From: a virus | DNA: 64,000 bases | Reading direction: 5' to 3' (one strand) | IMG/VR virus record: IMGVR_UViG_3300033978_000724 | Span: 33,032-97,031 of that record | Translations under genes and position numbers: made by a program | In this document: positions 28,755-37,134 of the stretch, piece by piece | How the letters are laid out: every line of letters starts with the position of its first letter | Position numbering within the stretch: position 1 is the stretch's first letter | Notes under the pieces: model-generated | The model's input: only the letters and a program-made list of their open reading frames with translations | What the model was told of the DNA's origin: nothing | Database searches by the model: none

Positions 28755-28985
28755 ATGGTAACTAGAAACCCCAAAGGCAGTCCCGCCACTTTGACCTCAT
28801 TCAAAGTAGAAGGACCATTAATCATCCCAGGCGACAGATTGTCTAAAAAGATGACTGCGATCCGACTCCAGCAAAAGGTAGAAGACGCTTTAAACAAAAT
28901 CCCACCCAAAGAACGGCCCGCTTTTCTCAGAAAATGTATCACCGAAGCATTAGTCACAAGTGGACTTCTTGATCTGCCTGACTAA
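28755..28985 (+). CDS. Small RHH-like DNA-binding protein
   Basis: TAIRLQQKVEDALNKIP..RPAFLRKCITEAL; AAAGGA RBS; divergent promoters share an operator-like motif. Confidence 0.65.
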   Translation: MVTRNPKGSPATLTSFKVEGPLIIPGDRLSKKMTAIRLQQKVEDALNKIPPKERPAFLRKCITEALVTSGLLDLPD

Positions 28986-29090
28986 GAATAATTACTTAAT
29001 CACCTGGACTAATTTAAAAATAATCATGGGCCGTTATGGTCCTTTTTTGTTTGCCAACCCCAAAATACCTGAGATAAATTAGTCAAAAGT

Positions 29091-29330
29091 CAATTTTCAT
29101 TCGCCTCTGTGGTGGTCTGGTGTGATTCATGCCAGGTATAGATTACACGCATGACAAAAAGTGTATTTTGCTAAAACAACTTAAAATGTAACGAAATGTA
29201 ACGCTAACGGAAAAGGTTGATCGTAGCCGTCGGTATTTGTTGCGAACGCATATCATTCACGCAGGTAGCGAATCGCTAAAAGTCTATCCTAGTATTGATT
29301 ACAGAGATGACAGAATTTGCTTTATAATAT
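29091..29330 (-). repeat. Dispersed ~240-bp non-coding element, copy B (inverted relative to A)
   Basis: Shared blocks TATTATAAAGCA, TTCTGTCATC, TTTAGCGAT, TGCGTGAATGA, TTCGCAAC, AATACCGACGGCTA, AAATACACTTTTTGTCA, GGCGAATGAAA at the same spacing. Confidence 0.9.
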
Positions 29331-29372
29331 AATAAGAACATCTGCAATGAATAAATAATCATTCCTTGGTAA

Positions 29373-29840
29373 ATGTATATCAATCTAAAAATACAAAAAG
29401 TCCACCCGCTGGCGAAGTGTCCAAAATATGCCCATGAGTTTGATGCTGGCATGGACTTGTTTTCTGTGGAAGAAAAAATATTAGGGCCGGGCGAGAGTGG
29501 ATTGATCGGGACCGGGTTAAAAATTGCTTTACCAAAATACACCGAAGCACAAATTAGACCTCGGAGCGGGTTGGCTTTAAATCATCAGATAACGGTGTTA
29601 AACAGCCCTGGGACGATTGATTCTGGTTATCGTGGGGAAATAGGCGTTATTCTGATTAATCACGGTTTAAGCCCGTTTAAAGTTGAGGTAGGGATGAAAA
29701 TAGCACAGATGGTATTGGCTTCTGTGCTAAGAGGTCGAATATTGGTTGTGAGCGAGTTGGATGATACTAGCCGGGGGAGGGTGGTTTTGGGTCTAGTGGG
29801 ATTTAGCGAAAAGAAAACCGCCAGGTTAAGGCGGCGATGA
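29373..29840 (+). CDS. dut: dUTPase (motif 5 shifted out of frame)
   Basis: AGMDL, PRSGLA, GTIDSGYRGEI, KIAQMV; RGEGGFGSSGI is recovered only with one extra G at 29773-29777. Confidence 0.92.
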   Translation: MYINLKIQKVHPLAKCPKYAHEFDAGMDLFSVEEKILGPGESGLIGTGLKIALPKYTEAQIRPRSGLALNHQITVLNSPGTIDSGYRGEIGVILINHGLSPFKVEVGMKIAQMVLASVLRGRILVVSELDDTSRGRVVLGLVGFSEKKTARLRRR

Positions 29841-29842
29841 TG

Positions 29843-30154
29843 TCAATCATGGTACATGGGGTCAAATAAGTATTTTTCTACTTCAAAAAGTATTGCATCC
29901 CTATTCTGATTAAATTCTTCGTTAGGTATTTTTCGCCATCTTTCGGCGGAGCAATTAAAGTCAGGTGGTTCCCCATCACCCACTGCATTACTTCCCCAAT
30001 AGCAGACAATATTAATTTGAGTATTCTTAGGGAATTGATTTATCTCTAATTCATAAAACGCATCAGGATTGCACTCGTTTTCTCCTGTTAGTTTTATTAC
30101 TTCAGAGGTAAACGGAATCTTTTTGCCGTCTGGCGTTGTGTAATGTTTAATCAT
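29843..30154 (-). CDS. Hypothetical protein
   Basis: ACAAAGGACAA leader places the start at 30154 (MIKHYTT). Confidence 0.65.
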   Translation of the reverse strand: MIKHYTTPDGKKIPFTSEVIKLTGENECNPDAFYELEINQFPKNTQINIVCYWGSNAVGDGEPPDFNCSAERWRKIPNEEFNQNRDAILFEVEKYLFDPMYHD

Positions 30155-30218
30155 TGTTTTTGTCCTTTGTTTATGTGTGTATTTTAAGCCTTTTATACTC
30201 ATGCTTGGGAGTTGAGAT

Positions 30219-30545
30219 TTAAAATTCTACAGCGGGGTCAAGATAAACCCCATTAAAAAACTTATCTTGATTGAAAGGCGTTTCATTTGGGATGTCTCTA
30301 ACCTGTCTAGGCTCTTTTGTATCCTTAGCACCTAAACTAGATGCCATCGAATATTTGCCGTCGGGGTAAACCATCTCATATTCATCTCTGTAACTAGGCT
30401 CAATTCTTCTTGTGATTAATTCATTTGTCGCCAAACATTTAATGGTGACGGTTTTGGCGGTCCGTTTAATAACGGAATAAGCGAATACATGATCACTTAC
30501 TATAGATAAAGAATAATAAACAGTACCAACTTCAAACTTAATCAT
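30219..30545 (-). CDS. Hypothetical phage protein
   Basis: MIKFEVG..VIKRTAKTVTI pattern; GAGG RBS. Confidence 0.7.
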   Translation of the reverse strand: MIKFEVGTVYYSLSIVSDHVFAYSVIKRTAKTVTIKCLATNELITRRIEPSYRDEYEMVYPDGKYSMASSLGAKDTKEPRQVRDIPNETPFNQDKFFNGVYLDPAVEF

Positions 30546-30597
30546 TTTATCTTTCCTCTCCCTTAAGCCGGAGTCGCTAAACTTGTTTCAATAAAAC

Positions 30598-30642
30598 CAA
30601 TATAAATCAATACTTTTGAATTGTCAATACTTATTCAAAAGA
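30598..30642 (-). promoter_or_regulatory. Sigma70-type promoter with shared 22-bp core, copy 2
   Basis: TTGACA and TATATT boxes on the minus strand; 22 bp identical to 22051-22072. Confidence 0.75.
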
Positions 30643-30763
30643 TTTTTACAAACCCACGAAAACAATAGATCATAGCCGGCTGGACCAGATACCGGCCCGG
30701 CTTGTAGCGTGTTACTATTAGTCCAACTCATGATATAATATTAAAAACAAAGGACGATATATT

Positions 30764-31072
30764 ATGAGAAAACCTAAGCAACATTCCCATAGTACAAAAT
30801 ATAGAGATTATATCCAGTCAGATAGATGGCGGGCGTTAAGAGTAAAAACATTCAGCATGACCAATAATCGGTGCGTAGGATGCGGGGATAAATGCACCGA
30901 GTGTCATCATTTAAGTTATGACAACCTAGGAAAGGAAAGGATCGGCATAGACATTGTGCCTCTTTGTTCCAAGTGTCATAAGAAATGTCACTACAAGAAA
31001 TATTGGGATAACAAGAAAAACCGGGCGATAATGTCAGACCAGCTAACAAAGAAATTTAGATTGATGTCATGA
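30764..31072 (+). CDS. HNH endonuclease
   Basis: YIQSDRW..CVGC..HHLSY..LCSKCHKKCH. Confidence 0.88.
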   Translation: MRKPKQHSHSTKYRDYIQSDRWRALRVKTFSMTNNRCVGCGDKCTECHHLSYDNLGKERIGIDIVPLCSKCHKKCHYKKYWDNKKNRAIMSDQLTKKFRLMS

Positions 31073-31675
31073 CCCCCGAACTCTTGATCCAAAATACTGC
31101 ACAGAACATTTACAATTCGCCCGGCATGAACAGGCAACGGTCGGCAAAGGTAGTTCACCAATCCGCTTTAACCCCGCCGAAGCATAACTCAAGCATTCCC
31201 CACAATTCCGATCCGTTGCCCCTAATTTCCTCATCATGTACACCAAGTCAGATTCTTTAGCGTTGGCTTGTTTCATCGTTTCACCGGCCAACCTTGACCT
31301 CTCAGTATAAAGTTTAGTCCTAGCTTTTAATTGTGCCGGCGATACCGTGCCATTTTTAATCTCTACCGCCATCTGATGTAAATATTTATATTCAGACTTT
31401 AAATCACGCCCAATACTTAACCAGTCTTCAGGGGTAGCGATATTCTTACCACCCCTAGAGATCAACGCCCGCTTTACATGGAGTGTTTTTAATTCCTTGG
31501 CAAATTCCTTTTCCCACTTCTGGAGTGAAATACGGTTAGCGATCAAATCGTCGTTGAGAATATCAATGCGATGATTAGTGGAGGAAGTAATAGTTTTCTC
31601 ACTTTTCTCGATAGTTGCTGGTGGTATAAATTTTCCATTATTCTTATATTTCCCGTATAGTTTGCTGAATTGCAT
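31067..31675 (-). CDS. Minor head/head morphogenesis protein (gp7/F-like)
   Basis: C-terminal CGEC..LPLP..CSCRANCKC; EYKYLHQMA helix. Confidence 0.65.
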   Translation of the reverse strand: MQFSKLYGKYKNNGKFIPPATIEKSEKTITSSTNHRIDILNDDLIANRISLQKWEKEFAKELKTLHVKRALISRGGKNIATPEDWLSIGRDLKSEYKYLHQMAVEIKNGTVSPAQLKARTKLYTERSRLAGETMKQANAKESDLVYMMRKLGATDRNCGECLSYASAGLKRIGELPLPTVACSCRANCKCSVQYFGSRVRGS

Positions 31676-31820
31676 TAGTGATTCCTTTTAGTTCCTTTGG
31701 TAATTCTTTTTCTAATTCTTTAGCGATGTTATTTACTTCACTTTGGGAGATAGTAGCCATTGCTAATAAGTCTGATTCGTCTAGTAAGTCATCTGTGATA
31801 ATAATAAGTTTTTCTGCCAT
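31644..31820 (-). CDS. Small hypothetical protein, 58 aa (not in ORF track)
   Basis: MAEKLIIITDDLLDESDLLAMATISQSEVNNIAKELEKELPKELKGITNAIQQTIREI; TGGTAAAAT promoter upstream. Confidence 0.6.
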   Translation of the reverse strand: MAEKLIIITDDLLDESDLLAMATISQSEVNNIAKELEKELPKELKGITNAIQQTIREI

Positions 31821-31930
31821 GTTTTTTATAATAAATAATATTTATTTTACCACAAATAAAAACACCTATCACTCGCCGATAGGTGTTTGTTCAAAGGTAA
31901 AAACAACAAGAAATTAACCTTAGAATTATA

Positions 31931-32140
31931 TCACATTTCTAGTTTTTCTTGATTTAGATACCACTTAAAAGCATCTTGTGCAATCCGGTTAGGTGTTTCA
32001 TGCCGGTTCTTTGATGCTATTTTTAACCGTTTATAAACGTCATCTCTGATCGTGATCCGGCGGCGGATCGAGTCTTTTTCTTCTGGTTCGGGTGATTCGA
32101 TTGGTTCGGCTGTGAGATATTCTGTGGGTTCTTCTGTCAT
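31931..32140 (-). CDS. Ribbon-helix-helix-like regulator
   Basis: RRRITIRDDVYKRLKIAS..TPNRIAQDAFKWYL. Confidence 0.7.
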   Translation of the reverse strand: MTEEPTEYLTAEPIESPEPEEKDSIRRRITIRDDVYKRLKIASKNRHETPNRIAQDAFKWYLNQEKLEM

Positions 32141-32250
32141 ATTTTTTAATGATAAAGCCTGGAGTGACCCAGGTGTCTAACTGTTAGGAATGTACCTATT
32201 TTAACATGATGTGTTATTATTCTTTGAGATATAGATGCTACGAGGCGACA

Positions 32251-32284
32251 AAACCAACCTAGTTTCCATGGTTGGTTTCTTTTT
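32251..32284. terminator. Intrinsic terminator
   Basis: AAACCAACC..GGTTGGTTT then CTTTTT, at the end of the BRO gene. Confidence 0.6.
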
Positions 32285-32286
32285 GT

Positions 32287-33063
32287 TTAGTTGAGTAATT
32301 TCAAATCAAATAAATTACCTGATAGTTGCACCTGTAATAGTTCGCTTAATATCCCTATTGCTCTGGGGTCTTTTTTCTTTAGATAGGTATAGAGATGATT
32401 AATCTTATAGGTAAACTCCATCCATTTCCTAAACTCAGCCAACAAACAATCTTGATAAATAAAAGCATCTCGAACCCCTCGCTGGTCGGGATAATGATGT
32501 TTATATTTCATCCTGAGTTTCTCGACGTGAGGGTATTTACTTTCAACATAATCAGACCATCTTTTACCAGCAGAAATATCTATTCCTGAATTATCTGGCA
32601 TGACATAACCTGCTGATTCAAAATCAGAAATCAAAGTATGACTTAATTCTCCAAAGATGGAAAAATAACCGGGCGGGATTTTAGAACGCTCTTTGAACAT
32701 CTGGTATCTATCAAACCATACTATGTTTTTTCGGCCGCCTGAGTTATATTGTCCAGTTTTACGGATAGCGGGTAATACTTCTTCAAATACCCATCGCTGA
32801 AAATCTTTAGCTATTGATTTTCGGCTGGTGAATATCAAAGCATAAAGTCCAGCTTCTGTAACTGTTACCATCTTTTGGTTTCCACCAAGGGTATAGATAC
32901 TAGCTACACCCTTTTGATAGTCGTCTAATCGTTTAATTGCGTCGCTTGCGTTTTGGATACCTAGAATATTACAAACATCTTGAGCCACCCACTCAGGCTT
33001 ATCAGGTGTCCCTACGAATCGCACATCTTGACCATCAAACCGGAATACTGATAAATTACTCAT
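32287..33063 (-). CDS. BRO-N protein with BstA-like C-terminal domain
   Basis: F-x-F-DGQDVR..PEWVAQDVC..EAGLYALIFTSRK..FQRWVFEEVLPAIRKTG (BRO-N); GYFSIFGE..DISAG..HHYPD..LAEFRKW..YL. Confidence 0.88.
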   Translation of the reverse strand: MSNLSVFRFDGQDVRFVGTPDKPEWVAQDVCNILGIQNASDAIKRLDDYQKGVASIYTLGGNQKMVTVTEAGLYALIFTSRKSIAKDFQRWVFEEVLPAIRKTGQYNSGGRKNIVWFDRYQMFKERSKIPPGYFSIFGELSHTLISDFESAGYVMPDNSGIDISAGKRWSDYVESKYPHVEKLRMKYKHHYPDQRGVRDAFIYQDCLLAEFRKWMEFTYKINHLYTYLKKKDPRAIGILSELLQVQLSGNLFDLKLLN

Positions 33064-33133
33064 GTGACCTCTCACTTAGGTTACTTCCCCTGCGGTCCCG
33101 ATGTTGATAGCATCAACCGGCGAGGGGATTTTT
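33064..33133 (-). promoter_or_regulatory. Conserved structured leader L2
   Basis: Covarying copy; TGATATAAT extended -10 upstream. Confidence 0.8.
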
Positions 33134-33472
33134 ACTACTTAATTATATCATAAAATATCGCTCTGGCGGTTTATTTTGTAGGTTCCTATGAATCTATAAA
33201 AGTATTTGTGGACCAATTGGAGACATCTTTTTTTGGTACGGGTTTAGTTTATGGTTTGGCGTGGGTTTGGTTTGGTTGGTGCTGATAGGTTTAATTGGTA
33301 CTTATAATGACAAATCATCCTTCATCAAACCAAAGGGTTGACATTTCAACGAAACACAGTATAATTATCGGTATAATCATTTTTCGTTCACATCTCGAAA
33401 AAAATGATTATATAAAAACAGGAAAGAATTTCCGTCCTTTCCTTTGCATTTAATAAAATTGTTGAGAATATT

Positions 33473-34009
33473 ATGACAGAAATATGTGTACAAGTCAATG
33501 GTGACAACCCATGGCAGGTTATTGATTCAAAAGAGTTTCAACTTCTTAAATACAATAAAACGATGGAATCGTTAACTCATGTCTTTGTAGGGTTTTTAGG
33601 TGGAGAATGGTATGACAGATTAAAAGATGGTCGTTATGCTATCCATCCGCTTGTTATTACTCTGTGGCAATCTTCTTTGGTGGCGAAGCAAAACAAAGCG
33701 ACCCCTTATTCTGTTTACATAATGGAAAGAGAAGATAAATATATAAAGATAGGTGTAGCAATAAATGTAGATGACAGAAAAAAAACAATAGAAAGAGCTT
33801 CTGGTTTGGAATTAACTGTGGCATACAGTACGCAGCCTGTATCCAAGAAAATTGCTTACAAGATAGAGAGTATATTCAAGAGGCTATATAAATGCAAACA
33901 ATTAAAAGGCGAATGGTTTGCATTAACATCTCATGATGCTATTCCTCTCTTAAAACAAATAAAACAAGATGTTGAAGACGCTGAGAATCCACTGGATTTG
34001 ATTTACTGA
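33473..34009 (+). CDS. GIY-YIG / T5orf172-like domain protein
   Basis: VYIM..IKIGVA....R..IE..GEWF. Confidence 0.8.
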   Translation: MTEICVQVNGDNPWQVIDSKEFQLLKYNKTMESLTHVFVGFLGGEWYDRLKDGRYAIHPLVITLWQSSLVAKQNKATPYSVYIMEREDKYIKIGVAINVDDRKKTIERASGLELTVAYSTQPVSKKIAYKIESIFKRLYKCKQLKGEWFALTSHDAIPLLKQIKQDVEDAENPLDLIY

Positions 34010-34071
34010 TGGATCAAAAACTCCACCAAGGTACTGCCTATAGTGGGGTTTTACTTATAAAGGAGATAAAA

Positions 34072-34512
34072 ATGGCAAAACTAAAAACAGCAAAACGACT
34101 AGCGAGGAAATACTACCGAGAAATGTTTAAGGAATTGCCTAGCAATGTGGAAAAAGATTATGGTCATTTCTTTTATTATTACTATGGTGACAGCATTATT
34201 GGTGTGATGGCTCTTTTTTATGCTGTTGATGGATTTACTCCTGTAACAAAAGATAAAACCCATCTATTCCTAAATATAATAATGATGCACCCAGAGGAAA
34301 GAATTACTTTGCTTATGACAAAAGAACAATATGCGGATTACATTAAAAACGATACCGAGATTATTTATTGCAAGCCATCACCTGCCGAGCGATTCAAAGA
34401 AAAAACTTGTGGATGGATTCTCCCTTTTGAAGTATTAAGATTTTCTTCTGTAGATGAAGAAATTAAAAAGGGATACGCTGAAGAGTTAAATGATGATTCA
34501 ATCCCGTTTTAA
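34072..34512 (+). CDS. Hypothetical protein
   Basis: AAGGAG RBS before MAKLKT; ends DDSIPF. Confidence 0.65.
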   Translation: MAKLKTAKRLARKYYREMFKELPSNVEKDYGHFFYYYYGDSIIGVMALFYAVDGFTPVTKDKTHLFLNIIMMHPEERITLLMTKEQYADYIKNDTEIIYCKPSPAERFKEKTCGWILPFEVLRFSSVDEEIKKGYAEELNDDSIPF

Positions 34513-34522
34513 AAAGATTAGC

Positions 34523-34564
34523 ACACATAAAAAAGGAGTCTTAACCGGCTCCTTTTTTATGTGT
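34523..34564. terminator. Bidirectional terminator
   Basis: ACACATAAAAAAGGAGTC..GGCTCCTTTTTTATGTGT between convergent genes. Confidence 0.8.
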
Positions 34565-34569
34565 ATAAA

Positions 34570-34773
34570 TCAAACCTTTTCCAAAACACTAACCGGCCAG
34601 TGGTTCATCTGATCGCTCCCCTTACGAACCAACACAGCCCAAATCTCATCCTTAAAATTATGAGCAGAAAAAGTATAAATATCCACAACCTGATAGAAAT
34701 GGATAGAATTTTTTAACCGTACCGAGTCACCTTTTTTAAATACCAGATCATCGGATTTAACTTCTGTTTCCAT
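34570..34773 (-). CDS. Small SH3/KOW-like protein
   Basis: FKKGDSVRLK..WPVSVLEKV; ACAAAGGACAA leader. Confidence 0.65.
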   Translation of the reverse strand: METEVKSDDLVFKKGDSVRLKNSIHFYQVVDIYTFSAHNFKDEIWAVLVRKGSDQMNHWPVSVLEKV

Positions 34774-34859
34774 GATACGTTGTCCTTTGTATGATTTGCG
34801 TGTTAGTTGTTATTGTAGCGTAAACTTAGAATGAGAACACAGCAAAACAGGGAAATAAT

Positions 34860-35219
34860 ATGCCAGAAATAACCATCACAGAAGTACGAATCAAAGACAA
34901 AAAAATCCACTTCCACGAACCATATAAAGTCACCATAGCTAAAGGCGGCGACCTCTTAACAGCAACCGATCCAACGATTTCATTATATGTTTTTGCCTCA
35001 ACCAAAGATGAACTAATCAAAGAAGTTGAAGGGATGCTGGCTATGATGTGGATTTCGTATGTTTGGCGTGATAAGCAAAGACTATCTGAATCGGCTAAAG
35101 AGGTACGGGAACAGCTTAAATTATTGGCTTATGAAAAAGACTATGATCGGACGTTTAAGGAGAGATGGAAAGACTTTTATGATGAGAAAATCAGACCGGA
35201 TTTAGAAAGGATTAGTTAA
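34860..35219 (+). CDS. HicB-like (RNase H-fold) protein
   Basis: ISLYVFASTKDELIKEVEGMLAMMWISY resembles the HicB N-terminal domain. Confidence 0.5.
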   Translation: MPEITITEVRIKDKKIHFHEPYKVTIAKGGDLLTATDPTISLYVFASTKDELIKEVEGMLAMMWISYVWRDKQRLSESAKEVREQLKLLAYEKDYDRTFKERWKDFYDEKIRPDLERIS

Positions 35220-35238
35220 CAGAATTATTTTATTAATT

Positions 35239-35275
35239 AAAAACCAGGATTACTTAATTAGTGGTCCTGGTTTTT
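35239..35275. terminator. Bidirectional terminator
   Basis: AAAAACCAGGATTACT..AGTGGTCCTGGTTTTT between convergent genes. Confidence 0.8.
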
Positions 35276-35282
35276 ATATTAA

Positions 35283-35750
35283 TTATTTAGACCAATCGGA
35301 ATAACTATCTATTCCCCTAAATCTCTCATCACCATCCATCAATAAGTTTAATTCCGCATAGTTTTCTAGTATCTCATTCATCCTTTCAAACGGGTTTAAA
35401 CCTTTCTTTATTTCACCGTCATTCAATAGGACAAATATATTAACATTGCACCAACGATGGAAAGCTGGACTAATCCATTGAGCTAACAAAATAGCAATCT
35501 CAGGATGTCCCCAGCTTCCCTGTAATTCTGGACGACCACCTTTTGTTATTTCGACTAATCCCGTTGCGGGAATTCCCGTATCGGCTGTCATCTCTCGGAT
35601 GTAGGCTTTAGTTTGTTTTAATCGGAGAAAATCATTTAACTTTTTACCCGTGGCATTACACATATTAGTCAGGTTAACGAATCCATCGTTACGCCGTCCC
35701 TGAATCATCTTGCCATTGTACGAAGCGGACACAATACTGCTATTATTCAT
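35283..35750 (-). CDS. KilA-N domain protein
   Basis: DGFVNLTNMC..KKLNDFLRL..QGSWGHPEIAILLAQWISPAF. Confidence 0.9.
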   Translation of the reverse strand: MNNSSIVSASYNGKMIQGRRNDGFVNLTNMCNATGKKLNDFLRLKQTKAYIREMTADTGIPATGLVEITKGGRPELQGSWGHPEIAILLAQWISPAFHRWCNVNIFVLLNDGEIKKGLNPFERMNEILENYAELNLLMDGDERFRGIDSYSDWSK

Positions 35751-35813
35751 TTAGTTGACCTCTAACTAGGTTTACTCATCCCCTGGACATTTCGAGTGTC
35801 GCAGGGATTTTTA
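35751..35813 (-). promoter_or_regulatory. Conserved structured leader L3 (short form)
   Basis: AAAAATCCCTG-C-GACA-CTCGAAA-TGTC-CAGGGGAT..ACCT-AGTTAG-AGGT; TGTTATGAT promoter. Confidence 0.75.
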
Positions 35814-35897
35814 CTACTAAAATCATAACACAAAACACTATTTTCCCCACTAAAAAACCAGGCAGAAAACAAATAATCTACCTGGTTTTTTATCAAA

Positions 35898-36290
35898 CTA
35901 ATTCCTCCCCAATCTCCCCACAACCGACCCCGACAATCCATATTGTTTGGATAGATTATCCAGTGAGGTAAAATCAGGTGCTAAGTCTAAAATCCGCCCT
36001 AACTTTTCTACCTTTTCTCTCAACAAACTGATCATCGGCTTAAACTTATAATCACTCCAAGCCAACGGACCAGCCTTATTCAAAGCACCCTGATCGGTTC
36101 CCATTTGGTTATCAAGGTTTTCTTGTATCTGGTCAATGTCAGATAATAGTTTTAACGTCATAGAAACCAAATCAGACGATGTAATCTCTAACCTCTTCAT
36201 AGCCGATTCAATAACATCTAACTCAGCTACGGTATTGTAATTCAAAGCCGTACCAATCCTAATCCGGTCACCCGCCTCAAACTGTGCCAT
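35898..36290 (-). CDS. Putative head-tail adaptor protein
   Basis: F...DRIRI..L start, LNKAGPLAW, basic C-terminus; pattern typical of connector proteins. Confidence 0.45.
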   Translation of the reverse strand: MAQFEAGDRIRIGTALNYNTVAELDVIESAMKRLEITSSDLVSMTLKLLSDIDQIQENLDNQMGTDQGALNKAGPLAWSDYKFKPMISLLREKVEKLGRILDLAPDFTSLDNLSKQYGLSGSVVGRLGRN

Positions 36291-36293
36291 GTT

Positions 36294-36515
36294 TTACTTC
36301 CCTAATCCAAATAAAGACAAGTCTCTTTTCTCATTCTGAACCATCTCTAAATACTTTTCAAATATCTCATTAAACATTATTTCCATCTCATCCTCTGGCA
36401 TCTTATCAAACGTCGTGCCACGATTCTTTAATTCTTCATTAAACATTTTATAGAGACGTTGGTCTTTCATCTTTAAGAAAATATCGCCTTTCTTTGAAAT
36501 ACTTTTTATTCTCAT
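36294..36515 (-). CDS. Hypothetical protein
   Basis: ORF immediately upstream of 35898-36290 with AAAGG-like RBS. Confidence 0.6.
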   Translation of the reverse strand: MRIKSISKKGDIFLKMKDQRLYKMFNEELKNRGTTFDKMPEDEMEIMFNEIFEKYLEMVQNEKRDLSLFGLGK

Positions 36516-36639
36516 ATTGTACCTATTTTATTTATTAATAATCATAGCATAACGCCCATCGGGTGCGGGTTGATGGGCGTTATAAATTGATCCAGGGCTG
36601 GGGTTTTGAACACTCTCATTATAATATAAAGAGACGTTG

Positions 36640-37080
36640 TTACACAACAAAAAAAGTCTCATTTTCCCCTGGAGATATTTGGTTGTTTAATAACTTGCAA
36701 ATAATATCAAAACAAATCGAATCCCAGAATAACATTTCATCATTAGCCTCCGCCCGGTCTATCTCCGCATCAATCTCTTGCATTTCCTCTTCTGTGAGGT
36801 CTTCTTCGGGGAACATAGAGATTATGGTGGATTGCTCATCATGTAGGCTGTCAATCTTAATGCCATCTCCAGAATAATCAAACTTATAAGAGAACTCATC
36901 AGCATAGAATAAAAAAGTATTTTCAATGAAGGAAGATACATAAATACACTCCGGGTAAGTCCATCCCATTTTTCTTTTAAATACAGCACAAGAATCATCG
37001 CCTAAGTTGATGATTGCCGTTAAGTCATATCCATTTTCTAGCACCTCTTTTGTTGCGATGATAATTTGATTTCTATCCAT
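36640..37080 (-). CDS. Acidic hypothetical protein
   Basis: Start MDRNQII avoids overlap with the divergent gene. Confidence 0.6.
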   Translation of the reverse strand: MDRNQIIIATKEVLENGYDLTAIINLGDDSCAVFKRKMGWTYPECIYVSSFIENTFLFYADEFSYKFDYSGDGIKIDSLHDEQSTIISMFPEEDLTEEEMQEIDAEIDRAEANDEMLFWDSICFDIICKLLNNQISPGENETFFVV

Positions 37081-37134
37081 GATATTTGGTAAAATATTAT
37101 CAGCAATTTTAACATATACAAAGGACAAGGTATT

